A DNA stretch of 64,000 bases from Octopus sinensis (GCF_006345805.1 NC_043001.1:98146001-98210000); one strand, 5' to 3'; counted from the first letter of the stretch, positions 39,080 to 52,006 are shown. Notes: generated by a model not told the origin, from the sequence alone. Numbers and translations are program-made.

Positions 39080-42000
39080 TCATAGGATTATGCTCAAGGT
39101 GGCTTCGTCATTCATACGTGCCATCCTTGCTACATTCACCCATCTTTTTTTAAAACAATCGCTAGACAAAACTTGCCTCTCTACTCTCCCTTTCCTTTTC
39201 AAGTGGTACTTGAAGAAGTTGATGAGAGATTGACCAGAGAGGAAAGTGTTTGTCTCCAATCCTTTCAGACGCGTCCACCGGATACATTCTTTCGCCATAG
39301 CCACAAGGATGATGAAAATAGCTCTTCCTTCCCGTTTGAAGGAAGGAGGCGTGACAATATTGACGATAGACTCAGCTGATAAACCGGCGGGTCAGGTACT
39401 CCTCGTCGACGTCCAGGTTCTCCCCGAGCTCGTCGTCGTACCTCCCCTCCACTAATCCCCTATAGAATGCTTTGGTTGTGATGAAGTCACTCAAGGTCGA
39501 CCCAGGACGGCAGAGTTGCTTGAGAGCAACGCGACACTCGCGGTGCCATTCGCCCTTCCTCGGCCTCTTTTTCATCCACGACTGCAGTTCGGTCATGGAG
39601 ACGAGCTGCGGGAAAGCGTGCCTCACAAACGGTGACCACACCTGTTCACCGTCGTCTATGAAGAGCCTGAGATGTCGCAGTCTCAGCGTGTGTCTGCGCA
39701 TCATCAACCACGGCATTCCCAGCCCTCCTTTTAACGGGTGTTGACAGCAAATGGATCGCCTGACCATCGGGACGCATCCTTTCCACAAGAAGCGAAAGAG
39801 AATGCGTTCTAGTTTGGTGATGGTAGGGTCGGGAAAAGGCACGACGGTCAGGCGGTAGTAGATGACTGACGCGATGTACGTGTTCGCCACCTCCGCCCGA
39901 CTTTTTAGGGACAGTTTTCTCTCGGCACATTGCCGGGCGAAAGTGACTACCCTACTCGTTATCTTGTTCCAGTTCTTCTCCACTTGGAGGTCCGGACCGA
40001 ACCAGACCCCGAGCAACTCGACCGGGCCGTCGGTCCAGCGTCCGACGACGGAGGCGCTGGTGGACGGCATGGGCTTGCTTCTCCAGGTGCCTAGTCGCAA
40101 GCCCACTGACTTTTCTCGGTTGATTCTCGCTCCTGTCACCGCTTCGTAGTTTTTAAGTGTCTCGCCGACCTGCTCGATGTGCTCGTGGCTAGACACTATG
40201 ACGGTGACGTCGTCAGCGTATGCAGACACGCTCGTCCCGCATCCCAGTTCTCGCGGGATGCCCCTCGAAGTTGCCAGCTTCCGCAATAATGGCTCGAGAG
40301 TCAATACGTATAGAAGCCACGAGAGGGGGCATCCCTGACGGACCGAACGTGCAATGTCGAAAGGTCTCGATAGATGTCCATTTACACGAATTACCGAACG
40401 GAGGCCTCTGTAAAAAGCGGCTATCCAGCCACGGAAGACGGGACCGAAGCCTGCCGCTCTGAGGACTGCCTCCAAGTATCGATGGTCCACCCTATCGAAA
40501 GCTTTCGATTGATCCAAATTGATCAGCGCCCCACCCATGCCAGGTTCGTTAACTACCCTGTCTATGATGTAGCGCATCAGGTGGAGGTTGTCATGGATGG
40601 TCCGGCCCGGCACGGCGCATGTTTGCGCCTTGTCGACCAGTTTCTCGATGACAAGCGCCAACCTCTTGGCTAGCACCTTGGCCAAAATTTTCAAGTCTGC
40701 ATTAAGCAGAGTGATGGCCTAAAGTTATCTATTACATTTCCCTTGTTTAGATCTTTCTTCAGCAGTGTTACGGCTCCTCGGCTCACAAAACCAGGAATGC
40801 TCCCGTTTTGCTGCCAGTTGCAGTACACCGCTGCCAAGACATCTCCAAACAAGTCTGGCATACAATTGTAAAGCTCGTAGGGTAGACCATCCAAAACCGG
40901 TGATTTGTCCCTCGAGCATTCTGCCATCGCGTCCTGCACTTCCGCCGCCGTGATGGCACCTTCGCAGCACCCTGCCTCTCTTGTTGAGAGTTGTGGTAAG
41001 CTGTGTAGGTAGGCACTGAAGTCCACCCTACGTTCTGGCCCGCCACTCGTCCCAAACAGTCTGGCAAAATGCTGTTGAAAGGCCTCACACATTTTACTTG
41101 GCTCGAGCAATTCGCGCCCCTGTTCATCTACCAGAGACCGAATGTTGGCTTTGTTGCCCTGTTGCGCCTCTGCCACCAGGGCCTCTCTCGCGGCTCCAAT
41201 ACCTTCGTTCCTTAGAGCACGCATCCTAGCTCTGACAGCACACCCTTCGTGTTTGGCGTTGAAGTGTTGGTTGAGGGCCAACCTCGCCGCCAAAACGTCG
41301 GATGCGATGCCGCTTCTAATTGCCTCTTCTAGCTTCTTAACTAGCTCACCCTCTACTCTATTTCTATCTATGGCTAATGCTTTGCTGTACCTAATCGCTT
41401 CTGCTTTTACTGCTCTCTTGAGGGCAAACCACTATTTGTTGTTGATGATGGGCTCCCGTCAAAGCCCTCTTTACTAGTGTGCTAATCCGGTCTCTGAAAA
41501 CCTGTCTCGATGGGAAAGACGCGTCTAGTTTCCAGTATCCGGGACCCTGCCTAAGTGTCTTACCTAAGTCTAGCGTACATGTCACAAGTTTGTGATCCGT
41601 GTAGCTGACCATGTGGAATTTTGGACATCCTATGCTATCTCTATCTACCGTCCTACACAGTATCCTATCTAGATACGATCTCGACGACCCCATGCGGTTG
41701 CTCCATGTCCACGTTGACGCATTCGGGGGGGTCTAGTCGGAACCTGCCAGACAGTTGAAAGCAGGTCTCTGAGCAGGTCTCTGAGGCATTTGCATCCCCG
41801 TCTATTCCTATCTCTACCCACGTAGTCTACATGCGTGTCCAAGGTAGCATTCCAATCCCCCACTAAGAGTAAAGGACGAGACGTTCCCAAAAATACTTCT
41901 AGACGTTGAAAGAAATCCGCCCGACCTGTTAAGGGCGGTGCGTAGACTGATACGAGTCGAAAAGCGCGCCCATTGCTGCCGTCGACATCCAGGACAAACA

Positions 42001-42251
42001 GTCTACTCTCCGGGTCTACGAATATTGTCTTTACTTTGAGATCCAGACTCTTGCGAAAAAGTAACGCGGAGCCACTACCGCCCATTCTTGGCAGACGGGG
42101 GAAAATAAATGTTGAACTGTCTTTAGGGCCCGCGGATTGCGGAGTCTGGTCTCACTTATGGCTATGATTTCTAACTTATGTGACTTTATGTCATTTAAGA
42201 GGTACCCTTGTTTCCAAGGGGACGCGCATTTACACAACCAATCTTGATCAT
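39080..42251 (-). pseudogene. Tx1-like ORF2 (APE endonuclease + reverse transcriptase), frameshifted
   Basis: Starts MIKIGCVN at ATG 42251. APE motifs: IAISETRL, LVSVYAP, VGDWNA, TDHKLV, GPGYWKLDAS. RT motifs in ORF 39372-40694: LDQSKAFDRVDH, SVRQGCPLS, YADDVTV. C-terminus ...WVNVARMARMNDEATLSIIL* ends at 39080. It is split across several frames. Confidence 0.92.
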
Positions 42252-42295
42252 AATCCTAATGAATTAGAATACAAGTGAAAGGAACAGAGGGTCAC

Positions 42296-44242
42296 TTACT
42301 GCTCGAAAGTTTTTGCTTTCTCCTCCTTTGGTTTGTCCTCGAGGAGATCCCAGTACAGTTTCTTTGTGAGATATTTTTGGCATTTACCAACCGCACTGGG
42401 GAAAATGCCTTTGAGTGTGTGGTGCTGACTTTTGGAGATGTATCATATTTTGATGTGGTCTGGTGGTGTTGTGTATGGGTGATTGTTTGTTTTTATGTCA
42501 TCTTCTGTTATGTTTGTTTTTGATTTGATGTATTCCATCAAATTTGTGTTTTTGGTGTCTATAGCTGTGAGCATGTTTGCTGTATATATTTTTGTGGTGT
42601 TGGTGTGGCTGTTGTTTGTGTTGGGTTTTGAAATGTCTTCGGGAGATGTATTTCCCCCTGCTTTGTTTGTGTTTGCATTTGGTTTGGTTGTGTTTCTGCT
42701 CTTTATTTTCCTTCTTTTTGTAGCTATTTGCCATTCCTCACTGGTTTCGTCTTCCGACGAAATTTCTGAGGAATTAGTTGGGGGTAGGGGTATGCTGTAG
42801 GCTTCCATGTATATCTGTGTAAGTGGTTGTGCTGTTGTTTTCGTTGCTGTTGGTTGTTGAGTGTTTGTGTGTGGTGAGTGCGGTATAAGGGATGGGGAAT
42901 CAGTTTTTGTGTATTTTCTTTGTTTTTCTGTTCCTTTGGTTCTTGCTGTTGTTGGTGGTGTTGTTATTTTCTCAGGTGTTTTGTAATTTTTGGTTGTTGA
43001 CGGATTAGCTTGGTGTGCTTCTCTTGTCGTCTTCTGTGTTGATGGTTGTGTGGGTAGTAGAGCTTTTTTCCGGAGTGTTTTGGTTGTGGTAGTGGTTGTT
43101 GTTGTTGCTCTTGGTGTGCAGTGGTTGGGCACGTATTTTTCAAGTGTGTTTCGCTTCCACACAAATAGCAGCGTGGTTGCCTGCCCTCTACCACTACATA
43201 AAGTTTGTAGCCTCCTGGCAGTTCTATAGTGATGTGTATCTTTTCTCTTGCTGTTTCATCCAATTGAAGAAGGAATTGGATTGATTTTCCCACATAGTCT
43301 TTCTGTCCTAGAACAGCGATTTCAAGGATGTTTGTCTCTGCCATTGTCTCTGCCATTTCAAAGCAGATAGCAGAGACTAACCATTGTGTATCGACTTCAG
43401 GGGGTACATTTTTTACTTGGACTTTCGTCACTCTCTGGTTTAAATAGATTGGTATCATTACCAAGTCGTCTGAATGCAGCTCCAATGTGGAAAATCGTTT
43501 TGCTAAATTTTCGTTGAGGAAACGTACTTGGACTGTACCAAATTTATTTCCCCAACTGATATACTCCTTGGAGTCCCATGCAGGACGAAGGCATTTTTCA
43601 ATTTTTTCCTGCGGTGCATTTTCTGGTCGTCTTGTTTTCTTGTTTATTACTTTGTAGATTATTGTTTTTTTGTGTGTGTTTTCCACGATGTGTTGTGGAA
43701 TGTGAAGATGCAATGTGTCTCCTTCTTTGGTGAAGAGTGCTTTTGTGAGGTTTATTTCCTGTGGTGAATTTTACGATTGTTCGTTTTTGCTTTGTCGCAT
43801 CCGCGAAATTCGTTTTAATTTTGGCGGTGTTAGCAGCAGAAGGGTTAGTTGTAGCAGTTGAAGTCGTGGTAGTGGTGTTGGTGTTGGCAGTGTTGTCTAT
43901 GGTAGGCGGCTTTGTGCCGATTTCGTTGTTGTTGTTGGTGGTGGTGATGGTGGTGGTGCTGGCATTCATGTTTTCGTCTGTATTCGTTTTTGAAATCCCT
44001 TTCTCCGTCCTTTTATCATCGACAAGTGGTGTAGGGAGTGGGGGGAAATCTAAGTTAATGTCTTTGGTCGTGGCGATGGTGAATGGTCTTGCGACGTTAG
44101 TTTTGTCGTTGTTGTTGTTGTTGTTGTTGGTGGTGGTGTGGTGGTGGTGACAGCGGTGTTCAAGCTGTGTGCTTTAGCAGCTAGTGGTAGCAGTAGTGTT
44201 CCGCATGACTGGCGGGCTAGCCACGTGGTTTCTAGTTGCCAT
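42296..44242 (-). pseudogene. Tx1-like ORF1 (gag-like, CCHC zinc knuckle), frameshifted
   Basis: ATG at 44242 (MATRNHVASPP). T/N-rich N-terminus, then a core with VKNVPPEV...VVVEGRQPRCYLCGSETHLKNTCP (CX2CX4HX4C) in ORF 42964-43713, then a T/K-rich C-terminus. Last stop TAA at 42296, followed by a 44-nt spacer before ORF2. Confidence 0.85.
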
Positions 44243-44481
44243 TTTCAAAATGAAAAATGGCTAAAAGGAACCCACAAAAGTTTTGAAAGTTTTTGGTAAT
44301 TTCGCCCATACAGGGGCGGAATTCTACGTGAATAATTCTCAGGTTTTTTTAGTGAATGTACTTGCACAACGATTAAAACAAAATATTTGACAACAAGGCG
44401 TTTTAAACATGTAAAAGTGGCCAACTTACGTAGAGCCGATTTGACTAGCGTCCGTCCATGTCGAGATAGATAGATAGATAA

Positions 44482-44541
<60 letters not shown>

Positions 44542-44890
44542 GTAGATATGTATGTATTTATGTGTTTTTCTTAAATTTTATGTGAAGGATCACTTCGTTG
44601 TTTTTAGAATAACAAACGAAAACTTTAGCAGTGACATTGAAGTTTCGCTTTACAATATTTATATACATGCACAAACATTTACGCAAAGAAATATGTATAA
44701 ACACAGACATATATGTGTGTGTGTGTTTGTGTGTATATGTTAATATATATGTGTGTGTATGTATACATATATATATATATGTGTGTGTGTATATATAGAG
44801 AGAGAGATAGATACATACATACATATATACATACATACATACATACATACATTTATATATGCATGCATTATATATAAACTCTATATATGC

Positions 44891-44930
<40 letters not shown>

Positions 44931-45384
44931 GTGTGTGTGTGTCTATTGGTGGTGTCTGTGTGTATGACTATATGCGTGTGTGTCTGTGTGCGTGTGTGTT
45001 CGTGCGCAGTGTGCTAGTGTGTGTATGTCCGTGATATGAGTGCATGTGTCTGCTAGGCGATACCCGGGAGTTAACCGATAAACCATTGCTATCAACTTAT
45101 AACTCTCTCTGGTAAGTTACCAACTTCTCATCAATCTCGCCATTGTACCATACATTGCACTAGCGTCTGGCCCTATTGGGGATAATTAATAAACAATGCA
45201 ATTTTTCTCGGGCTTTCATTAAAAACATGCAAGTAAATAAATATGTGTTCAACAAAATGCTAACTCATTGTTTCTTAAACACTCGGAATTCATACAACAT
45301 AAATTTCATGTACTATTAAATAATAACGAAGATATCAGGCATAGAACTTATAAGAAAAGATATGATTTTGTAGTATACTTCGTC

Positions 45385-45596
45385 TTACTCTTTTACTCTT
45401 TTACTCTTTTACTTGTTTCAGTCATTTGACTGCGGCCATGCTGGAGCACCGAGCAACTCGCCCCTGGGACTTATTCTTTGTAAGCCCAGTACTTATTCTA
45501 TCGGTCTCTTTTTGCCGAACCGCTATGTGACGCGGACATAAACACACCAGCATCGGTTGTCAAGCAATGCTAGGGGGATAAACACAAACATACACG

Positions 45597-45636
<40 letters not shown>

Positions 45637-45798
45637 TATACGACGAGCTTCTTTCAGTTTCCGTCTACCAAATCCACTCACAAGGCTTTGGTCGGCCCGA
45701 GGCTATAGCAGAAGACACTTGCCCAAGGTGCCACGCAGTGGGACTGAACCAGGAACCATGTGGTTGGTAAACAAGCTACTTACCACACAGCCACTCCT
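45385..45798 (-). mobile_element. SINE family A
   Basis: Reverse complement of the 8266-8686 type. Confidence 0.9.
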
Positions 45799-46440
45799 CT
45801 CTTATAAAAGAATATCACGAAGTATTAGAAATGAAATATGTTGAACCAAACATCTCAAAATGCAAGCTTAGGTCTGACATCGGAATTGTTGTAAAAATTC
45901 AGTGAGTGTGTCAAATGTGGGGATAAGGTGGAGCGGGATTATAGTCCGTGACGTCAACGGCTGAGCGACCTTGCTAGAGGGATAGGAGCGAAGGAATGCC
46001 AGAAGGGATGTCACGTGAGCAGAAGCAGGACTAGCGTGTGTCTTTCATCTTGCAGCAGCCCTAGGAGGCAGACGTGTATAGACGAGTGGATTAAAGGGAA
46101 TTTGCCGTTAGGTTCTGGTCAGGCGTGTAGGGCACAGTGGTAAGTGAATTGCACTTCTTTCCGAATATAACACAAAATGTTGATTTCGCATAAGGCCAAC
46201 AAGTTCGGGGAACGAGGAAGTCGATTACATCGCCCCCAGAGCTCAACTGGTACTGATTTCATTGACCCAGAATTGATAAAAGGAGACGACGGCCTCAGCA
46301 AAATTTGAACTCAGAACATAACGACGAACGAAATGCTTTTAAGCGCTTTGCGCGGCGCGCTCACGATTCTGCCAGCTCACCGCCTTTTCAACACTAAATA
46401 TTACGCGTGTATGTAAGGAACTAAATATATTTTAGCTACG

Positions 46441-46605
46441 AAGGCGGCGAGCTGGCAGAATCGTTAGCACGCCGGGCGAAATGCGTAGCCGTATTTCGTC
46501 TGCCGTTACGTTCTGAGTTCAAATTCCACCATGGTCGACTTTCGTTTGTCTGTCCTTGTTTGTCCCCTATGTGTTTAACCCCCTGTAGGTAGTAAAGAAA
46601 TAGAT
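46441..46605 (+). mobile_element. SINE family B, internally deleted, with 18-bp TSD
   Basis: actaaatatattttagct at 46420-46437 and 46606-46623. Confidence 0.9.
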
Positions 46606-47286
46606 ACTAAATATATTTTAGCTGGAAAGAAATGGTAGGTTAGTATTTTGTGATAATCATAATTTTGATGACACTAATTAGATAAGTAAGACTAGGCGGG
46701 AACGAAGAGAGAAATATTTGTGGATTTTGTGTAACGTGACGGTTATTTGTAGTCAAATCTATTGACAAAGCTACTGAATCATTCGCTGTTATTATAATCT
46801 CGAGAGTACTCTCTATTTGAAATTAATGAGAAATGGCGAAAGATAATTAGCGGCAAATACAAAGCGAGATTACTGTAATAAAGTTTGAAATCTAGTTCAA
46901 AATAGCAATTTTTAACAGCAGGTTAACTTTTCCTTCTATCATACTTTCAGCTAATGTAAATATAGCAAAAATATTGAAAAAAAAAACAAACAACAACTCC
47001 AAATTTATCCAGTTCGGATTTGTTTTGTTTGCTTAGTTATTGAGCTAGTGTTTGTATTTTCTTCATCAGCAATACACCTGCAAATCATAGATCTGAATGC
47101 TATCAAATGAATTATAACTAACACGCATGTGAGCAACATTGTGTTCTAGAGGGCTTTATAAATCACGAATAGAAATGAAAAACAGCTTTGCAAGAAACAT
47201 GTCACAAAGTGAATCGTGTCAATTCATATTCTTCTGCTACAATATCACCTTGATATATATATATATGTATATGTGTATATATATAC

Positions 47287-47327
<41 letters not shown>

Positions 47328-47334
47328 CATATAT

Positions 47335-47410
<76 letters not shown>

Positions 47411-48344
47411 CATACATATATAATGTTTGTGTGTGTGTGTCCAAAAGACAAGAAGAAAATATAGAATGCAGTTACAAATTATTCTCTTATAGAAAGTATG
47501 AAGCGTGCATCAACCAATGCAATTGTGCCAACATCAATTCCGAAATAGTGCTTATCGTTTATTTTATTTTATTTTTTTTTTTTTAGTTTTCCTTCTTTCA
47601 TTTCCTTCGTTTCTTGCCTTTAGTAAGCACATTTGCAGTTGACGTGTTTATTAGTTCACAGGAATTTGGCCATTTATTATCAATCTCTGTATTGCAGAAA
47701 GCAAATAGACAATGAAAAAAAAAAAAAAATTAAAGAGGAAGCGAGAGAGAAGGATAGAAACATTTTACAAAGAATTAAAATAGCCAGAAGGTTACTAAAT
47801 AATAACGAAAACAGTTACAATTTATCTTCACGTGGAAAATATGAAATGTGCATCAAACGATACAGCTGTGCAAGTAGAAATTTATGAAAAGTTTCTTATC
47901 TGTAATCTTTTTTGCAAGTTACTCATGCCAAATAAAATAATTGGATTTATCTGATCCTTCCATGGTGGTATTGTAACCACTGTCAGCACCAGAGATTAAT
48001 TGTCCGATGCTATTTCCTCAAAAGCGGCAGTTTTTGCGTCTACACTTCTCGTGTGTTGTTGTTCTTGTTGCTGTTATTCTTTAGCGTTAGTTCGATTTGC
48101 ATCTATCGAGCGAACCTATGATCAAAGAAACTCCAGCGGCAAACTCCTCCCTATTTTTAGGTGTATATCTGAGATTGCATTATTAACTGTAAGCACTGCC
48201 TTTTCAAAAGTGTTAAAGCGGTATTTGCGGAAATTTTGGCTGCTGTTTCTAATATGCAGAGCGACCCTCGGAAAGCGCTTTGTTAGCTTTTCAATTATTT
48301 GCCTTGGCTGTTTTAAATGAGATTTAGAGTCATGAGGGCGTAGT

Positions 48345-48768
48345 AAATACCTATTTCTTTACTACCCACAAGGGGCTATACATAGAGAGGATAAACAAGG
48401 ACAGACAAACGGATTAAGTCGATTATATCGACCCCAGTGCATAACTGGTACTCATTTAATCGACCCCGAAAGGATGAAAGGCAAAGTCGACCTCGGCGGA
48501 ATTTGAACTCAGAACGTAACGGCAGACAAAATACTTATTTCTTTACTACCCACAAGGGGCAAAACACAGAGAGGACAAACAAGGACAGACAAACGGATTA
48601 AGTCGATTATATCGACCCCAGTGCGTAACTGGTACTTATTTAATCGAACCCGCAAGGATGAAAGGCAAAGTCGACCTCGGCGGAATTTGAACTCAGAACG
48701 TAGCGGGAGACGAAATACCGCTAAGCATTTCGCCCGATGTGCTAACGATTCTGCCAGCACGCCGCCTT
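48345..48768 (-). mobile_element. SINE family B, head+body+body form, with about 22-bp TSD
   Basis: atgagggcgtagt(a/g)aataccta at 48332-48353 and 48769-48790; internal junction near 48535. Confidence 0.92.
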
Positions 48769-49693
48769 ATGAGGGCGTAGTGAATACCTAGTTACATTTC
48801 AAGAGTTGTTTCTATAAAATACAGAACCCATGCAAATTTCAGGAACAGTAGATGGTTACCTGTTATGTTGATGGCGCAAACTTTTGTCTACCACATTGAG
48901 TCCTTATGCTTTAAAACCGTTCTTCAAACGCTGCAGAAAAACGCTTTTTTTTTCTGGTTCAATGCACCAATCAAATACTCAGTTACCAATATTTGCCTTC
49001 CTGCAGATATTTTGTTTCTGTTCTAAAGAGAAACGAAATAATCGATGACCACTTTGTGAAATTATAATTAAATTTAATCTAATTATTTAGTAACTGATGC
49101 ACATCATCTGATACAGTCATTGTTTCACAATGAACGTACCAGTAATATACTGTGGTTGGTGTAATCGATTTAAACCTTCCCTCAAATTTTCATGCCTTGT
49201 GCTATAGTAGAAAGAATTGCATAAGACGGTGAGCAGGTAGAGTTGTTTGTATGCCGGGAAAAAAATTGTGGCATTTCTTGTGGCTTTACATTTTGCCTTC
49301 AAATTCCACCGAAGTCAACTTTTATTTTCATCCTTTCGTGTTAGACAAAATACATACAAATTGAGCACTGGAGTTGATGTAATTGACTAGACTCCTCACC
49401 CCAAATGTAAGGCCTAGTTCCTATAATAGAAAGAATTGCTTCATACTGAAGACCAATATAGGTTTCAAAATTTGGCACAGGTTTCAAATTTTCGCGAAAG
49501 GGGTAAGTGGATTACATCGACCTCTGTGCTTAAATGATACTTATTTTATCGATCCCAAAGGATAAGACGCAAAGTCGACATCAGAGAAACAGTATTGCAT
49601 ATTACCGGGTAATATACAACATTTACTCAGAAAGAATATAAGAGGCAACATAACAACATAGAAAGGATAATCCTTTGTAGACTTTGCAGCATG

Positions 49694-49913
49694 TACGAGG
49701 CGCTACTGGAATGTTCCTGGCTATGAGGGTATTGCGGAAGGCTTGGTTAGAGGCCGAAACTTCTGAATTATTTTACATGGCTTATAAAAACTGTAGGTCT
49801 GCTGTAATAAGTGTGTGAATCTGAGAGAGGAATATGTTGAATAAAATAATAACTTACTGGTCCTTCTCTATTTTCTTTTATCCAAAGCAAGGAACATTTC
49901 AGCAGCCCACGCA
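49694..49913. mobile_element. Tc1/mariner-type MITE with about 30-bp TIRs
   Basis: Left end ta|cgaggcgctactggaatgttcctggctatg; right end ccaaagcaaggaacatttcagcagcccacg|ca, an imperfect reverse complement. About 220 bp, non-coding. Confidence 0.7.
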
Positions 49914-49924
49914 TAGGCTTGACA

Positions 49925-50135
49925 GAAGAGAAAATTGATACGAACGTAAACCTGAAGGCATTATCGAAAATGATAATGCAAAGAACCTATGGGACTTTAT
50001 GATTCAGTGTGACCGTGAGATAGAGCATAGGGAACACGATAGAGTTATAATTGATTAAGTGAGAGAAAAAGTAAACAGTGATTGGTCGAAGATAGAGCAT
50101 GTCAAGGTGGTAACAAGGTATGCGATAAAGAAGAA
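49925..50135 (+). mobile_element. R4/Dong-like RLE fragment
   Basis: YERKPEGIIENDNAKNLWDFMIQCDREIEHR matches the WYEHxPxxVxENxxxKILWDFxIQxD region preceding the RLE core. Confidence 0.7.
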
Positions 50136-50153
50136 ATAGGTACCTATGTATGT

Positions 50154-50211
<58 letters not shown>

Positions 50212-50378
50212 GTATGTGTGTGTCTATGTGTGTGTGTGTGCACGTGTACCAAATATACACACGTATGCATAAGTAAATAACTGCGCGCGCGAAAACTCAA
50301 CACAGACTCACACACATATATGTATGTACATGTATAAATAGATGGATAGATAGATACATACATATCTAGCTAGCTAGC

Positions 50379-50471
<93 letters not shown>

Positions 50472-50504
50472 TGGGAGGGACAGAGAGAGAGAGAGAGGTG
50501 AACT

Positions 50505-50776
50505 TCATAAGACAGTGTGCCGAGTAACAAAGCAGTGTGTTTCCATCGCAAGTTGTGAAATTTGTGTTTTTGTGATCACGTGTATGCTGTAGTCTGCGAT
50601 TTTTGTCATGGATAGGAAGTTGGAACAAAGAGCTAGAGTGAAATGTTGCGTTTAGCTTGGGAGGTCTGTTACAAGGTGATTGGGCATACTTCGGCAAGCT
50701 TACGGCGATGAGACAATGGGTTGTACGCTATGTTTCGAGTGGCACGGACGCTTCAAAAGCGGAAAATGTTCCTAAA

Positions 50777-50778
<2 letters not shown>
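50505..50778 (+). mobile_element. mariner 5' fragment (N-terminal HTH), copy 1 of a tandem duplication
   Basis: ATG at about 50608: MDRKLEQRARVKCCV*LGRSVTR*LGILRQAYGDETMGCTLCFEWHGRFKSG, matching the mariner N-terminus EQRxxIKFCVKLGKS...AYGDxxMSRTxCFEWHxRFKSG. Confidence 0.8.
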
Positions 50779-50841
<63 letters not shown>

Positions 50842-51045
50842 TATATATATATACATATATATGTATGTGTGTGTGTGTGTATGTGTGTGTCTATGTGTGT
50901 GTGTGTGCACGTGTACCAAATATACACACGTATGCATAAGTAGATAACTGCGCGCGCGAAAACTCAACACAGACTCACACACATATATGTATGTACATGT
51001 ATAAATAGATGGATAGATAGATACATACATATCTAGCTAGCTAGC

Positions 51046-51192
<147 letters not shown>

Positions 51193-51225
51193 TGGGAGGG
51201 ACAGAGAGAGAGAGAGAGGTGAACT

Positions 51226-51497
51226 TCATAAGACAGTGTGCCGAGTAACAAAGCAGTGTGTTTCCATCGCAAGTTGTGAAATTTGTGTTTTTGTGATCAC
51301 GTGTATGCTGTAGTCTGCGATTTTTGTCATGGATAGGAAGTTGGAACAAAGAGCTAGAGTGAAATGTTGCGTTTAGCTTGGGAGGTCTGTTACAAGGTGA
51401 TTGGGCATACTTCGGCAAGCTTACGGCGATGAGACAATGGGTTGTACGCTATGTTTTGAGTGGCACGGACGCTTCAAAAGCGGAAAATGTTCCTGAA

Positions 51498-51499
<2 letters not shown>
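51226..51499 (+). mobile_element. mariner 5' fragment, copy 2 of the tandem duplication
   Basis: Near-identical to 50505-50778. Confidence 0.8.
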
Positions 51500-51543
<44 letters not shown>

Positions 51544-51686
51544 CAGAGATAATGGTGTCATTGAGACCCAAGCTGTCAGGTAATGCTGAATAAGTGCTAT
51601 AGCCAGACCATAGTTAAGTTCCAAATTCGTTAATATTGCGAATAAAGGGTTCAACGTTGGTTCTATGTCAGCATGTGTATATATGA

Positions 51687-51929
51687 ATATGAATTATTTG
51701 TGTAATGAGATAAAAAAAAAACAAGGCTGTATAGATATTAGAGCATTTATAGATAGATGGTCTTACTGCTGTTTCTAGAATATTAATTAATAATAATATT
51801 CCTTCACCGTCTCCGATGAAGGGATATTATTAATAATTAATATTCTAGAAATAGCTGTAAGGCTTTCTATCTATGAATGCTCTAATATCTAGACAGCCTT
51901 GATTTTTTTTTATCTCATTACACAAATAA

Positions 51930-51936
<7 letters not shown>
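51687..51936. repeat. About 250-bp palindrome containing a hammerhead-like motif in its right arm
   Basis: atgaattatttgtgtaatgagataaaa...aatattccttca | ccgtctccga | tgaagggatatt...ttttatctcattacacaaataattcat, followed by (TA)n. Confidence 0.92.
51809..51863 (+). ncRNA. Type-I hammerhead ribozyme-like motif with variant core CCGAUGA
   Basis: Stem I GUCU/AGGC; core CCGAUGA+A; stem II GGGAUAUU/AAUAUUCU; GAAA; mini stem III U-AGCU-G; predicted cleavage GUA after 51859. Confidence 0.55.

Positions 51937-52006
<70 letters not shown>

Larger units (their letters stand above)
38635..44463 (-). mobile_element. Near full-length Tx1-clade (L1 group) non-LTR retrotransposon inserted in a (GATA)n microsatellite; disrupted
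   Basis: Minus strand: 5' end at about 44463 (..tatc|tcgacatggacggacgc), ORF1 with CCHC knuckle, ORF2 with APE and RT, pyrimidine-rich 3' UTR, AATAAA at 38640-38645 followed directly by (CTAT)n. (GATA)n lies on both flanks (38557-38634, 44465-44550). Confidence 0.93.

Noticed and set aside
45940-46020. CRE (tgacgtca) and E-box (cacgtg) in a GC-richer patch
   Set aside because: Short motifs are expected by chance, and no linked transcript start is evident.
47940-47990. Strong Kozak ccaccATGG on the minus strand
   Set aside because: It opens only a 14-codon ORF (MEGSDKSNYFIWHE*) with an unconvincing donor.
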